Of a DNA stretch of 64,000 nucleotides, positions 1 through 13,503 are shown one piece after another. Position 1 is the stretch's first letter; each line of letters starts with the position of its first letter. Source of the stretch: Octopus vulgaris (Eukaryota). The notes beneath the pieces are model-generated. The model searched no databases and was not told the origin of the DNA. It saw nothing but the letters and a program-made list of their open reading frames with translations. The stretch covers positions 16,492,001 to 16,556,000 of the forward strand of contig OX597834.1 of assembly GCA_951406725.2 (NCBI GenBank), written 5' to 3'. The translations under genes were made by a program, and so were the position numbers.

Positions 1-242
1 GAACGTAACATTGAAATACTTCATGTAAAATAAATATAACAAATGGAAAATCCTTCAAGAATCCACAAAAATTCAAGGATCACTACCAAAATTTCATCAT
101 CTGTTCCTTGTGTCATTACCAACTTTTCCTGCAAGTTTCATCAAATATCGTTCACAACTTTTTGAGTTGTTTTGCACACAGACGGACAGACAGACAAACC
201 AACGCCGATGAAAATATAACCTCCTTCCTTGGCGGAGGTAAT
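1..242 (+). mobile_element. Helentron-associated (HINE/DINE-like) element 3' part
   Basis: (GACA)n microsatellite followed by terminal stem-loop acctcc..ttggcggaggtaat. Confidence 0.55.
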
Positions 243-995
243 AAAGAAGTGAAACAGAGTCTGTGTGTGTGACTTATTAGTATAACGATCCTCCCAAGAC
301 ACAACAGGCTCTGACTGTAGGTGTATCCGTTAATGGTTGAAATGGGGCTAAACAACATCAGAACTGGTTCATCCAGTGACATTTCAGCTAAATGAGTCAA
401 GGGACACGATGAAGTTCTTGAAGAAATTTAGTTCAGATTTTAGTTTAGTTAAGTCTTTTTCAGTCATTTCATTGTTTTATTGTTCTGAACTGACGTAGTT
501 TGGTAGAACATTAAATCTGAAGCAGCGCTTATGTTATGCAGAGAATGGCCATTTTACAAACAAACTGGAATTTAAAAACTTTGCTTATCAGTAGAGAAAC
601 CAAAAAGAAAGGAAAAAGTTATACTAAAATTGGGAAAAATATAAAAAAGACGAAAGAAAATAAAAATAAGAATTCCAGTTCAAAAGATTTTTTACATAAA
701 AGAGAAAAAAAAGGAATTGAGAAGAAAATAGAGAACGAATAACAATGGTTGTGGTGGAGTGGAATAAAGTAGAAAAAAAATGCAGAAAATATACACATTA
801 ACACACATATCTCTTCTCTCTTTATACACACATATATCTACACATACATATATATATACACAAACACATATACATATATATATACACATATACATATATA
901 TACACACATATACATATATATACACACATACGCATATATATATATATATATATATCCACACACATATCCATACATATATATATACACACACACAC

Positions 996-1030
<35 letters not shown>

Positions 1031-1928
1031 CACATACGCACACATACATATATATATATATTCACACACATATATACATACATTTATATACACACACATA
1101 CATACATATATATATATACACATACACATATCCATACATATATATATACACACACATATACATACATATATATACACACACATATGTACACACACACATA
1201 CACACATATAATGAACAGGAGAGAGGAGAAGAAGAAGAGATGAAAATAAAGAGCAAAAGATAACTACATATATGTATGCGAAAATAGATAGATAGATAGA
1301 TAGATAGGTACAGGCAGGGGGAAAGAGGGAGGGAGAGAAAGAAAAAGACAAGGAAACAATTAAAGAAAGAGGGGAGAGAAAGATGAAAGAAGAATTCTCA
1401 TGTGACATAAAAACATTGTTGCATGGAATGGTAAACATATCTTAAATATAACAATATGGTGGGTGGGCAGCAAAGAACTTCAATGGGGTGGGGGGTCTGT
1501 AGCTTCGTCTTTTACTTGTCTCAGTCACTGGGCTGCTGCCATGCTGGGGCAATGCCTCGAAGGGTTTTGGTTGAACAAATCAACTCTAGTACTTTTTTTT
1601 TTTTTTGAAGTCTGGTATTTATTCGATCGGTCTCTTTCACCAAACTGCTAAATTACAGGGACATAAACAAACCAACATTGGATGTCAAACAGTGATGGGA
1701 ACTTTATTTTTTTTTTCTTCCGTCTTCCTTTTCTCTTAAACTTTCCTCCATCTGTTTCTGAAGAAGAGCTTTGCTCGAAACATAAAACTACCTTTCTTTA
1801 CTTCCCTGAGTGTCTGCTAATATTTTGCATGTACCACGTCCTCGTGATGTGGGTTTTTTCTGGGTTTTTTTTTGGGGGGGGGGATTAACTATATATATAT
1901 ATACATACACACAACACACACACATACA

Positions 1929-2226
1929 TCTTTATATATAAAATTGTGTGTGAGACTCTGTCTCCTCCGATTTAGATTCCTAACTACTCCCACATTTTGC
2001 AGTGCAATTTAACCAAAAGCGAGTATCTTATAGTCGTCATTCATATCGAACACTTCTGGGTATTAGTGCGTGTCTACGATGAGTCTACGATTTAAAAAAA
2101 ATTTACCATCATTTTTCCGCATTTTTAATGATTTTTGCTCGGGTTATATAAGGGAAGTAACTCTCTAAAAATGCTTATATAGTTATTTCCCTTACAAACC
2201 CGAGCAACGCCGGGTGATACTGCTAG
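1929..2226 (+). mobile_element. Non-autonomous Helitron (family copies at about 42576-42969 and 46100-46496)
   Basis: A|TC 5' end, 3' hairpin cccgagcaacgccggg, CTAG|T end; three homologous copies. Confidence 0.85.
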
Positions 2227-2271
<45 letters not shown>

Positions 2272-2672
2272 TGATGGAGCTCTTTCAGTTTCCGTCAATC
2301 ATATCCATTTACAAGGCTTTGGTTAGCATGTGGCTGTAGTAGCAGAAACTTGCTCAAGGTGCCAAGCAATGGGACTGACCTGAAAACTTTGTGGTTGAGA
2401 GGCTAACACCTTACCACACAGCCACGTTTACGCCTACACTGTGCCATGCCAGCAGTTACACGACCACAAAAGTAATATGTTAAGTTGAAAAGGTTCACTT
2501 AACTGAATTTATCCATGTCATGGTTAATAAAGAAATTGACCAGGTAACCAAGTATCACCTTTACACCAGCACACCTGTTTCTGGTCTCTCTCTTGTACTT
2601 CTCTCTCACTCTATCTTTTTTCTCTCTCTCTCTCTCTCTCTCTCACTGGGCAACCATGTACTTCCTCTATAG

Positions 2673-2873
2673 CAGTGCTTTTCAAACTTTTTGCTGGAGC
2701 GGAACCCCAAGGAAACATTCCACTGGCTCGAGGAACTTCTGTGCAATAATTTTATAGTCTTATGCACAATTATCTGAACAGGAGACTTAAAAATTACTGG
2801 CGATTTTAGCAGTTTTGTAACTTCTTGCGGAACCCCTGCACTGTACTGGCGGAACCCTGGTCGAAAACCACTG
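2673..2873. mobile_element. hAT-type MITE
   Basis: TIR cagtgcttttcaaac/gtcgaaaaccactg; 8-bp TSD ctctatag/cactatag. Confidence 0.8.
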
Positions 2874-3521
2874 CACTATAGCAAGGCACCTATTTCTGCC
2901 TCTCTGTTTCTCTGTTACACTCTAACCTTTCACCATTTCACACAGGATCACCTCCCCTAATGCCCCCTTTGTTGTGACAAGACACCTACTTCTGTCTCTG
3001 TCTCTTTGTCACACACCTACTTTTTCATCCTCTGACACAAGTTCCCCTCCTCAAATGCCCTGCCCCTCTCATAATTCTTTGTCTTGTGAGTTACTTGGTT
3101 ACCCTGCCAGTGCTGGTGCCATGTAAAAAGCATCCAGCCGTAAAATCCCAGCCCAAACAGACACAATAGCCTAGGGTAATTTTTCTACCTGGCTGGCTCC
3201 TGTCAAACGCCCTACACATGCATGCATGAAAGATGGACATTAAACGACGACGACAACGATGATGATGATGATTATATATATATATATATATATATACTAC
3301 TACTACTAATATAGGATTAATCTATTATGAGATTAATTCCGAAATTGATTCAATATAGAAATAACGAACTTTTTAAAAAAATTCTGTTGGCTGGCTTTCC
3401 TTGATTTCAGCTCTATGTGTTTTCTGTAGCGAGTAAATAGTATGTGGAAATTGACGATTTAAAAGTCTGTTATCAGCATATTGGCATAGAAATATTTTCT
3501 TTAGCCCTTGTTTATAAGTTG

Positions 3522-3555
<34 letters not shown>

Positions 3556-3847
3556 TATATACACACACATATATGAATAAATAACTAAAGATGGATAAGG
3601 TGTCAATTCACTACAGCTGTTTCCAATGAATTTTCTATTGATTAATGGAGACATTACATTATTAGGAAAAAAAAAAACCGTTTTCAGCAGGTGAATACAT
3701 GAACCTTGACATTCAAAATCATGATTCCATGACCTTTGCAAGTCATTTTCGTTGTGTACACATTTTACTTTGCGTCCCGACCCGGTGCAAGTTTAATGCC
3801 CATTATATTACGTTCCAGTTGCTTTTAATCTGGTCTCTCGTGACAAA

Positions 3848-3893
<46 letters not shown>

Positions 3894-4174
3894 TATATGG
3901 CAAAGCTTCACAGGAACCTTCTAGCTTATTTTACACAGACTCGGTCATAGACCCCCAACTAATTTGCAATTAGCTGCAGAACACTCTCAGTTTCAAGAAT
4001 TAAATGTGGTTTGTGAAGCTCATATTTTATTGCCACATGCATACATACATACATACATACATACACACATACAAACATACAATGCCAGACACACACACAC
4101 ACACACACACACAATGTAAGACAGGCTGGCAGACAGAGAGACGGACAGACAAACACACACATAGACAGACAGAC

Positions 4175-4180
4175 ATAGAT

Positions 4181-4231
<51 letters not shown>

Positions 4232-4295
4232 TATAGATAGACTGATAGATAGAGAGATAGATAGATAGATAGATAGATAGATATATAGATAGACT

Positions 4296-4349
<54 letters not shown>

Positions 4350-4372
4350 CAGACTGATAGATAGAGAGATAC

Positions 4373-4447
<75 letters not shown>

Positions 4448-4462
4448 GATAGATAGATAGAT
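4175..4462. repeat. (GATA)n tetranucleotide microsatellite
   Basis: Direct reading; other large CA/TA/TACA arrays at 820-1210, 6385-6940 and 50420-50710. Confidence 0.95.
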
Positions 4463-5228
4463 GCATACATACATACATAGAATGACAGACAGACGGACAG
4501 ATAACTATTGGGGGTTCATGAATATTATTCAAGTGGGGAGGATGAGACCGTAAGTGCATAGGTGGGGGTAATGGAGGGGCGAGGGCGATGATCTGAAGTG
4601 AAATAACGACTGTGACAAGAAACCAACTGCTAACACGGAATGAGAAACAGATGAAAGCGAAGTGGGGACCCGATGGTGGCAGCGATGATGATGGGGGGTA
4701 ATAAGATAACGGGGTCACGCAGAAGAAGAAAAGAAAAACATGTACCACTTAGATGACATGGAAGAGAAACGGGTGGCGAGGAAGACGCGGCGAGACAAAG
4801 ATTGATACGCGCACCATGATTAAGTGTATACATGATACACAAGTATATACGCATTCACGCAACACAGGGGAGCAAATACGAGTGCGTGTATGTGTGTGTG
4901 TGTGGTATAATAATAATAATAATAATAATAATTTTTATTTCTTTACTGCCCACAAGGGGCTAAACATAGAGGGGACAAACAAGGACAGACAAAGGGATTA
5001 AGTCGATTATATCGACCCCAGTGCGTAACTGGTACTTATTTAATCGACCTCGAAAGGATGAAAGGCAAAGTCGACCTCGGTGGAATTTGAACTCAGAACG
5101 TAGCGGCAGACGAAATAATAATAATCTGTCACACACATACACTCACGCAACCACATACACGCACGCACACAGACACATATACACACATATGCTCCTGTGT
5201 GTATTTATAGTGTATTTATATATACACG

Positions 5229-5279
<51 letters not shown>

Positions 5280-5664
5280 AATAAGATCGAAGATCCAATC
5301 CAGACTGTATCGTCTTTCATTTTGACAAATTTCGATTAGCTGATATTGTTGGAGTCGTCTCCCCTGCCTGTTTTTTTTTTTTTTTTTGTCTTATTGCAAA
5401 GACGTAAATAAAATGATACTCAAAGGAAGGTTTTCTGGTCACTATTGTACGTGTATACACGCCCAAACACATACACAGATATATATGCACACTCACACAC
5501 ACACACACATATATTTATATAATATACATAGGCAGGCGCAGGAGTGGCTTTGTAGTAACTAGCTTGCTTACCAACCACATGGTTCCGGGTTCATTCCCAC
5601 TGCGTGTCACCTTGGGCAAGTCTCGGGCCGACCAAAGCCTTGTGAGTGGATTTGGTAGATGGAA

Positions 5665-5705
<41 letters not shown>

Positions 5706-6457
5706 TGTATGTGTGTGTCTGCGTTTGCCCCCCCCCCCCAACAACAACATCGCTTGACAACCGGTTCGGCAAAAGAGACCGATAGAATAAGTACTAGGCT
5801 TCCAAAGAAGTCCTGGTGTCAATTTGCTCGACTAAAGGCGGTGCTCCAGCATGGCCGCAGTCATGCTGAAACAAGTGAAAGAGTAAAGAGTATACATACA
5901 CACGTACATTTATACATACAAAATATATACATACATTATATATACTTGTATACACACAATCTCTCTCTTTCTCTCTATGTATATATATATATATACATAT
6001 ATACGCACACACATACATGCACACATGTATACATCTATACACAGGTATACATACATACGTGTGCTGTTACATACGTTTGTAATCAATACATTTTGGACAA
6101 AATCTGTATGTGTGTGTGTGCATTTGTATGTGTGTGTATCTCTATATTTGTGTGTGTGTGTGTCTTCTGGCTCCCCCACGTCTCGAACAGCACGTTCTGT
6201 TGTGTGAAGAGTCTGGTTTCTGATAGCGAAAAATGTCCTACAGTAAGTGTTGAGACGATCACCAGAATACCAACAGATATCTTGACAAGTAGAGTGTTGG
6301 TGGTTTAACACAAGCACAAACCTCGACTATATCTAGAGGAGGGGCGAAAACAGCAAGTGCTTTCTCTCCACCCGTGGGTGGTGAGGTGTGTGCATATGTA
6401 CGTATGTATGTATGTATGTATGTATGTATGTATGTATGTATGTATACACACACAAAC

Positions 6458-6503
<46 letters not shown>

Positions 6504-6634
6504 ATACATATATATATGTGTGTGTGTGTGTATATATATATATATGTATGTATATATGAATGCACGCACAAACATAGCCACACACATATATGTACATATA
6601 TATATATATATATATAAATATATACACACACATG

Positions 6635-6672
<38 letters not shown>

Positions 6673-6729
6673 TATATACACATATGTATACATACACATA
6701 CATATACATATACACATATTTACATACAA

Positions 6730-6798
<69 letters not shown>

Positions 6799-7129
6799 TA
6801 CATACATACATACATACATACATACATACATACATACATACATACATACATACATACATACATACATACATACATACATACATACATGTATGTATGTATG
6901 TATGTATGTATGTATGTATGTATGTATGTGTGTGTGTATACGCACTAATTTATTTATCTTTTACTCTACCAGAAAAGAATCCGGCTTAGATTTCTGCCAA
7001 GGCCATACTTAGAAATAAACATTTTGAGGCAAGGCATGCCTCGACTGACAAGCAAAACTTAAAGCTCGCAAAAACAGAAAGTCGGGTTAAAGAAAGAAAG
7101 AAATGTGGAAAGTCTATGTTGACGATGCG

Positions 7130-7138
7130 TATATATAA
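7130..7138 (+). promoter_or_regulatory. Candidate TATA box about 230 bp upstream of the C3 ATG
   Basis: TATATATAA in unique, non-microsatellite sequence; positional inference only. Confidence 0.3.
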
Positions 7139-7360
7139 CAGCGCAAAAGAAACTTGAAACACTTTTTTTTTTTTTTTTTTTCCCATTACGAACACAAGAA
7201 GAAAGCCCCGAAATTATTTTAAAACAATAATCAGGAAAATTCTTTCCAGAAATTTTGCCTGCTTCCGAAGAAGAAACAGGAATTTACTGTGAAGGCCGAA
7301 ATTGTTATTAATTTTATTATTATTATTGTCATCATCGTCGAAGAGCAAGTTCGAATCGCA

Positions 7361-7428
7361 ATGAAGACCATGCTGTTACTGCTAAAATGTTGTCTACTTT
7401 TGGCAATTTCTTCTGTCCAGGGCCGGAG
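7361..7428 (+). CDS. C3: C3-like exon 1: signal peptide MKTMLLLLKCCLLLAISSVQGR
   Basis: ATG, hydrophobic core, AG|gtaaaa donor; phase 2 matches exon 2. Confidence 0.8.
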
Positions 7429-7644
7429 GTAAAAAAAAAAAAAAAAATAATAATTTTGTTACTTTATATTTAAAGTGTGTTTCAGCTTAAACATTTTAAA
7501 ACATTTTGAAGTTTGATATTATCTGTTTGTGCATCTTCGCTGTCTGTTGATTGTTAGTCGGCATTTCACCCGTCTTTACGTTCTGAGTTCAAATCCCGCC
7601 GAGGTCGACTTTGCTTTTCATCCTTTCGGGGTCGATTAAATAAG

Positions 7645-7741
7645 GGCGAAGGCAAAGAATACGCACACCAGTTGTTTAGGGTTACGGTTAGGGCTAGGTT
7701 TATACCGAAAATGGGTGGTGTACGTATTCTTTACATCCGCC
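7645..7741. mobile_element. 97-bp MITE with telomere-like core (second copy at 60836-60932)
   Basis: About 25-bp imperfect TIRs, perfect 8-bp TSD taaataag, internal TTAGGG variants. Confidence 0.8.
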
Positions 7742-10700
7742 TAAATAAGTACCAGTTACGCACTGGGGTCGATATAATCGACTCAATCCCCTCCCCAAGC
7801 TGCTCTTGTGGCATTTGCCTTTCATCATTTCGGGGTCGATTAAATAAGTACCAGTTACGCACTAGGGTCGATATTATCGACTTAATCCGTCTGTCTGTCC
7901 TTGTTTGTCCCCTCTGTGTTTAGCCCCTTGCGGGTAGTAAAGAAATAATAATGATTATTATTATTATTAATGCGGCGAGCAGGCAGAATTGTTAGCACGC
8001 CGGACGAAATGCTTAGCGGTGTTTCGTCAGCCGTTGCGTTCTGAGTTCAAATTGCGCAGACCTTGCCTTTCGTCCTTTGGGGTTCGATTAAATAAGTACC
8101 AGTTGAACACTGGGATCAATGTAATCGACTCATACCCACCTCCCACAAGCTTCCCTTGTGGCAAAAATTTTGGGCGGAATTCTGGTTTAAACACTCCATC
8201 CATATAACACACATAATATTTTTTTATTTTTTGAAATTTTCGGAAAATTTTTGAGAATTTATGTTCTGCACAAAGGAATTCATACGGTTAGGAAAAAAGC
8301 TTTCCTTTAATTTTTTTTAATCTCTCCCCCACCCCCACAATTCCTAAAATTTCCACACTTCCGATTAAAATTTTTCTTTTAGTCAGGGTTTAAACTATGG
8401 ACAGTCCGAATTTTTTGTTTAAATCCCAGCAGTGGACCACCCTTATGTGCATGATCATTCCATTTAATGTGTTTATAGGGAGATCAAAATCAATACATAT
8501 TAGAGCGACAAAGAAGCAAGGAAGGTATCAGGTAGTCGTGGGATGTGCTAAAAAACAGCTAAATCGTCCTTAAATCACACACACACACAGAGTTTTTTCT
8601 TTCTTTTCGCATAATCGTATGATTTCCCGTGTGTAGAACACAAATTCGCAAAATTTTTCTGACAATTTCAGCAGTGCTTAAACCAGAATTCCATTTTGTT
8701 TTGTTATGACTTTATTGCTATTTCCCTTTTGATTGATATAAACCTCACCTTTTGGGGGGATCCTGTCCTTCCTCAATGTCTTGGACCCTTGTAATCAATA
8801 AAAGAAATCGGAATCGATAAAATAAGTACCAGATGAGCTCTAGGGGTCGGTGCAATCGATTAGCCCCCATCTCCCATCTTCTATAAGGCCAGTCCAGAAT
8901 AAGCAAAACTCATGATCTAACGTGTTCCAGACGTGACCATTCCATCCAGGACTACATTGTTCAACAATTCAACTCTAATGCACTTTTTTTTTATGATATG
9001 AAAAAAAAAATTGCTTATGTGATTTGATTTTTAGAACATTAAATATTTGGCTGTTGTTTCTAGTTAAATTCAACAGCCACGTAGCGGTCCCTTCGTTGGC
9101 TGGGAAAATCTTCGCTACTTGTTTTGGCTCTGGCTCCCCCACCGCTTACTCATTTTTTTTTCATCTGTCTCTAGAAGTGTTGACAGAGATGGTTGTTGTT
9201 TAACATTCGGTTAGCCATAACCATCCTGTTTTTAGGGGAAGAGGTGTATAAAAAAAGGGGGGTTATTATTTATCGCCTTTTCCTTCGTCAAAATCACTGA
9301 GCGATTTGTTCTTTCTAGCTCATCGAGCGACCACGTAGACCGCACACCACCACCACCGCCACCTTCATTATCATCTGTGTTGTAAGTAGCTTGCTAACCA
9401 ACCACATGGTTCCGGGTTCAATCCCACTACGTGGCACCTTGGGCAAGTGTCTTCTACTATAGTTTCAGGCTGACCAAAGCCTTGGGAGTGGATTTGGTAA
9501 ACGGAAACTGAAAGAAGTCCATCGTATGTGTGTGTGTGTGTGTATGTGTGTGTGTATGTGTGTGTGTGTGTGTGTGTGTGTTTGTCCCCTCACCATCGCT
9601 TGACAACCGATGTTGGTGTGTTCACGTCCCCGTAACTTAGCGGTTCGGCAAAGAGACCGATAGAATAAGTACTAGGCTTAGAAAGAATAAGTACTGGGGT
9701 CGATTTGCTCGACTAAAGACGGTGCTCCAGCATGGCCGCAGTCAAATGACTGAAACAAATAAAAGAATAAAAGAAAGAAAAAAGGGAAAAAGAAAAAAGA
9801 ATCATCATCATTATCATTATAATCGTTGTCATCGTCATCATCATCCAAAGTTAGGGTTGGCAAACTTCAACATTGTGGAGAAGGCTGCAGCAACGAAGGA
9901 GCTGCTACGACTAGCTAGAAATAGCAGTTAAATCTCTCTCAAATCACACCCAAAAGTTTTTAAAATATAAAAGAATGGTGGTGTTGGTGGCGGAGGGGGT
10001 GGAGGCTTCACATATTGGATAATGGCCAAATGCAGTGGTTCTCTTACCTGACAATTAGTAAGCACCACATCCCCAATATTTTGGGAAATTTCTGCTCGTT
10101 CCCCCACACCAAAATATTGCTTTTAAATTTTGGCACAAGGCCAGCAATTTCGGGGGAGAGGCTAAGTTGATTACTTCAACCCTCTCCCCCCCCCCCAGTA
10201 CTCAACTGGTACTTATTTTATCGACCCCGAAAGGATGAAAGGCGAAGTCGACCTCTGCGGAATTTGAACTCAGAACGTAAAGACGGACAAAATGCCGAAA
10301 AGCATTTTTGCCCGTAGTGCTAACGATTCTGCCAGGTCGCTGCCCTTCCCCTCACAAAAATATTAGGGATGGTTTTGCAACTCTTCTCTTTTCCCTTTTT
10401 CTAAGTGAGAAGACAAAAGTGAGTTTATACTGTGGAAGACACACATCAGCTATTCAAAAACAAACAAAAACTGATTCATTATTTGGGGTCAGTGACCAGG
10501 TTGCATTTAGTGGGACGAAAATGATGATATCGAATAATAAATGCTTATGAAAAATGTTTGTTTTTGAATGGCTAGTGTGTGTGTGTGTGTTTTCCATGCT
10601 GTAATTGTTTTAGTTTCAACATACGATCTCAGATCAAATCACTTACCATACATCTCTGAAAATTTCTTCATTCTTCAACATGATGTGTTGAACAAATTTG

Positions 10701-10949
10701 AAAAAAATTCAATCAGTTTTATTAAACATAGCAATTTGTACGCCATTTTTTGTTGCTCCTCACAGACCCCCACCCCGTCCTCTTTGAGAAAGACTGGCCC
10801 AGAAGTAAGGGTATTGGGTTCAGTATCATAAAGTAGGGCGTTTGATTCCCGGACTGAGTAGCGTATTGTATCCTTTATCAATCAGGTTTCTTTCTCTTTC
10901 CACGCTGCAGCTGTCCACTCAGCTAAAAAGGACTACTGGTCTATCTTCT

Positions 10950-12140
10950 ATTGTGTGTGAGGCCTCCATAATCTGTCTGAGTGTCGTGTCTTCTATGTAT
11001 CGGTAAGATCATAAGAACTATGTTGTCAGCTGAGCTTCCATATTCTAACTGAGCACGTTAGTAAGACATTGACGAGTTTTTTCCTCCTTGAGCTCCCGCC
11101 AGTAGTCACTCATCCGCTCACCTACGCTACGTGCTGTCTCTTCAAGGTGCATCGTCGTTCTGTTTCTGCACCGTCCCCCTGTACACACACTAACGACTAC
11201 GTTCCTAGTTTTACAGTTTATCTATGAGTTTGCGCTACACACTATACAGTTCCTATCCATATAAGGGGTTCTTTCAAATGGGTATGTTCTACAGATCAGG
11301 AATTTTATGGGGTGGAGGTCCCTAGTCTTTCTACTATTTTAATCCGTAGATTCATCTGACCTAAGGTTTTCTTAAAAAGATATGCAAGTTCGTCTCCAGC
11401 AGTAGAATCGACAAACATGACACTGGTATTTTTGGTTGAAATACCGTAGTTGGACTGACCTATCTTCTTAGTTCTTTGTACGCCATTCCAGAATTTACTC
11501 CTGTATAACGGGCAGATCCCGTTAGCACCATTCTCTATGATGGTCTTGTATTTTGCCTTGGTTCTTTTGTACACCCTGATCCTGTCTCTTTGGCTGTATC
11601 CAGAGAAATGAATGCAGTAGACGAAATGTTGTGTCTCTCTATTTCTGTTGGGTCGCACATACAGGACACGTTTCTCATCACTCTTATCAAGTCCGCTATT
11701 AAGGAATTGAATTTGATATTGTTGCATTCCGGTGGATCAGGTATTTGGAGGCCGTGAGTTTGGCATAGTGGGGATGGAGGATTTGGACCTTATTATTCCT
11801 AGTTTCCAACCAGAGTTCCGTGTCTAAAACAGATAGTCTGTAGTTAGAGTGCTTACTATGATAATCTATTGTAACATTAATACTCTTGTGGATGGAGTTA
11901 GCTATTTCCTGTATGTTTTCCATGGTGCTAGATTCTGGTTCGTAGACATTGTCTTTTAAGGGTGCTTTTGCTATGTTGGTATCATCCAAACAGCGGGTGT
12001 ACATGGTCAGGGTTATGGAGCTCTCTACTAAGCGATCTTTGAGTCTCCTATCCCACCATACCGTAAAGAGGTTAGCCACATCGTCAGTGAAACCTACACC
12101 GATGACTGCACCCTTTTCTTGAGCGTATATACTGTTGCTT
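10950..12140 (-). mobile_element. Decayed Penelope-like retroelement (RT and GIY-YIG remnant)
   Basis: QEKGAVIG...VANLF..WWD...YTRCLDD (RT), LSVLDT, SGY/PLYR thumb, KIVERLG, then C..C...ETARSVGER endonuclease-like segment; frameshifts and stops; boundaries approximate. Confidence 0.8.
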
Positions 12141-12829
12141 TATATCATTTTAAATAATAAGTGTAATATACAAACCCATATACATGCCGTGGGACACACA
12201 CATTAAATGCACACACACACACACACACACACACAGATACAGGCACATTCTACAGATATACAAAATGGAATGGGCAGGACAAGAGGAGAGACATGGGATA
12301 GTCAGGGAGTCGTTGAAGAGGTCACAAAATGTGTGACGAAAGAACTTTGAAAGACAAACTAAAAATAATAATAAAACAAAAAAGTGAAGATCAAATGGTG
12401 TGTGTTTAATTGACAAAAAAGGACCATATCCAAGAGTAACAATATATATTACTCTGTTACTTGTTTCAGTTATTTGACTGCGGCCATGCTGGAGTATCGT
12501 CTTTAGTCGAGCAAATAGACCCCAGGGCTTATTCTTTGTAAGCCTAGTACTTATTCTATCGCTCTCTTTTGCCGAACCCTGTAACTTAGCAGTTCGGCAA
12601 AAGAAACCGATAGAATAAGTACTAGGCTTACAAAGAATAAGTCCTGGGGTCGATTTGCTCGACTAAAGGCGGCGCTCCAGCATGACCACAGTCAAATGAC
12701 TGAAACAAGTAAAAGAGTTTCAAACATATGTAGAGTTGTATATATAACCTGTTTTAAACACACACTGTTTTCAACATATGTAATGTTAACATGCCATTTT
12801 AAGCACGGAGTTTTAAGTGTAGTCTAAGC

Positions 12830-12981
12830 CAGTGGTTCCCAACCCTTTTATTTAAACGAGATTTTCCACGGACCCTTTTTAATATGCTTATTCTTATATA
12901 TATATATATATATATGAAATTTTGAATTTAGTTTATGGACCGCCAGTACTACCTTTGCAGACTCCATGTTGGGAACCACTG
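12830..12981. mobile_element. hAT-type MITE
   Basis: TIR cagtggttcccaac/gttgggaaccactg; TSD decayed. Confidence 0.7.
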
Positions 12982-13230
12982 TTTTATGCAATATACGCAG
13001 TATTTTAAATATTCACAGTTTTTAAACATACGTAGAGTTTTAAACGTAGTGGTTTAAACTTACACAATTTTAAACATACGCAGTGTTTAAATATATAATA
13101 TAAACTTTTTTAAAGATACACTGTATTTTAAATATACACTTTGTTTTAAACAAACGTAGTTTTGAACATACGCACTTTTAAATATGTACAGTGTATTAAA
13201 CATTTTCTTTGCTATATTGTGAGTCATTTC

Positions 13231-13503
13231 GGATCTTTTCGGTTTGAACCCAATCTGTTTCTTAAAGGATGGGCATATTCATACGGCACAGAATGTTGTT
13301 TACCTAAATGGACGTCAGTGATTGGTTAAAATTGCCAAAATGCAAGAAATTAAAGACGAAATATCTTACAAACTATAAAATTTTCTCAAGAAAGCCAAGA
13401 GAAAATGATGTTTTATAAACACATTCTACCAGTATACGAAGTTTAAAATATTTTAGTTACCTAGAAATTATGTTAAAAACTGCCGTTCAAACCGATAAGA
13501 TCC
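13231..13503. mobile_element. MITE with GG...CC termini
   Basis: TIR ggatcttttcggtttgaac/gttcaaaccgataagatcc; flanks gtcatttc/gtcatttt. Confidence 0.75.

Noticed and set aside
152-400. 82-aa minus-strand ORF
   Set aside because: Runs into a Helentron-type repeat; no recognisable motif or splice support.
692-1438. Long ORFs rich in Y/I/C/V/H/T (also 3959-4748, 5646-7012, 28369-29016, 50411-50746)
   Set aside because: Translations of CA/TA/GATA/TACA microsatellites that happen to lack stop codons.
7100-7290. kappaB-like sites near the promoter (tggaaagtct, agaaagcccc, ggaatttact)
   Set aside because: Each mismatches the consensus and is expected by chance.
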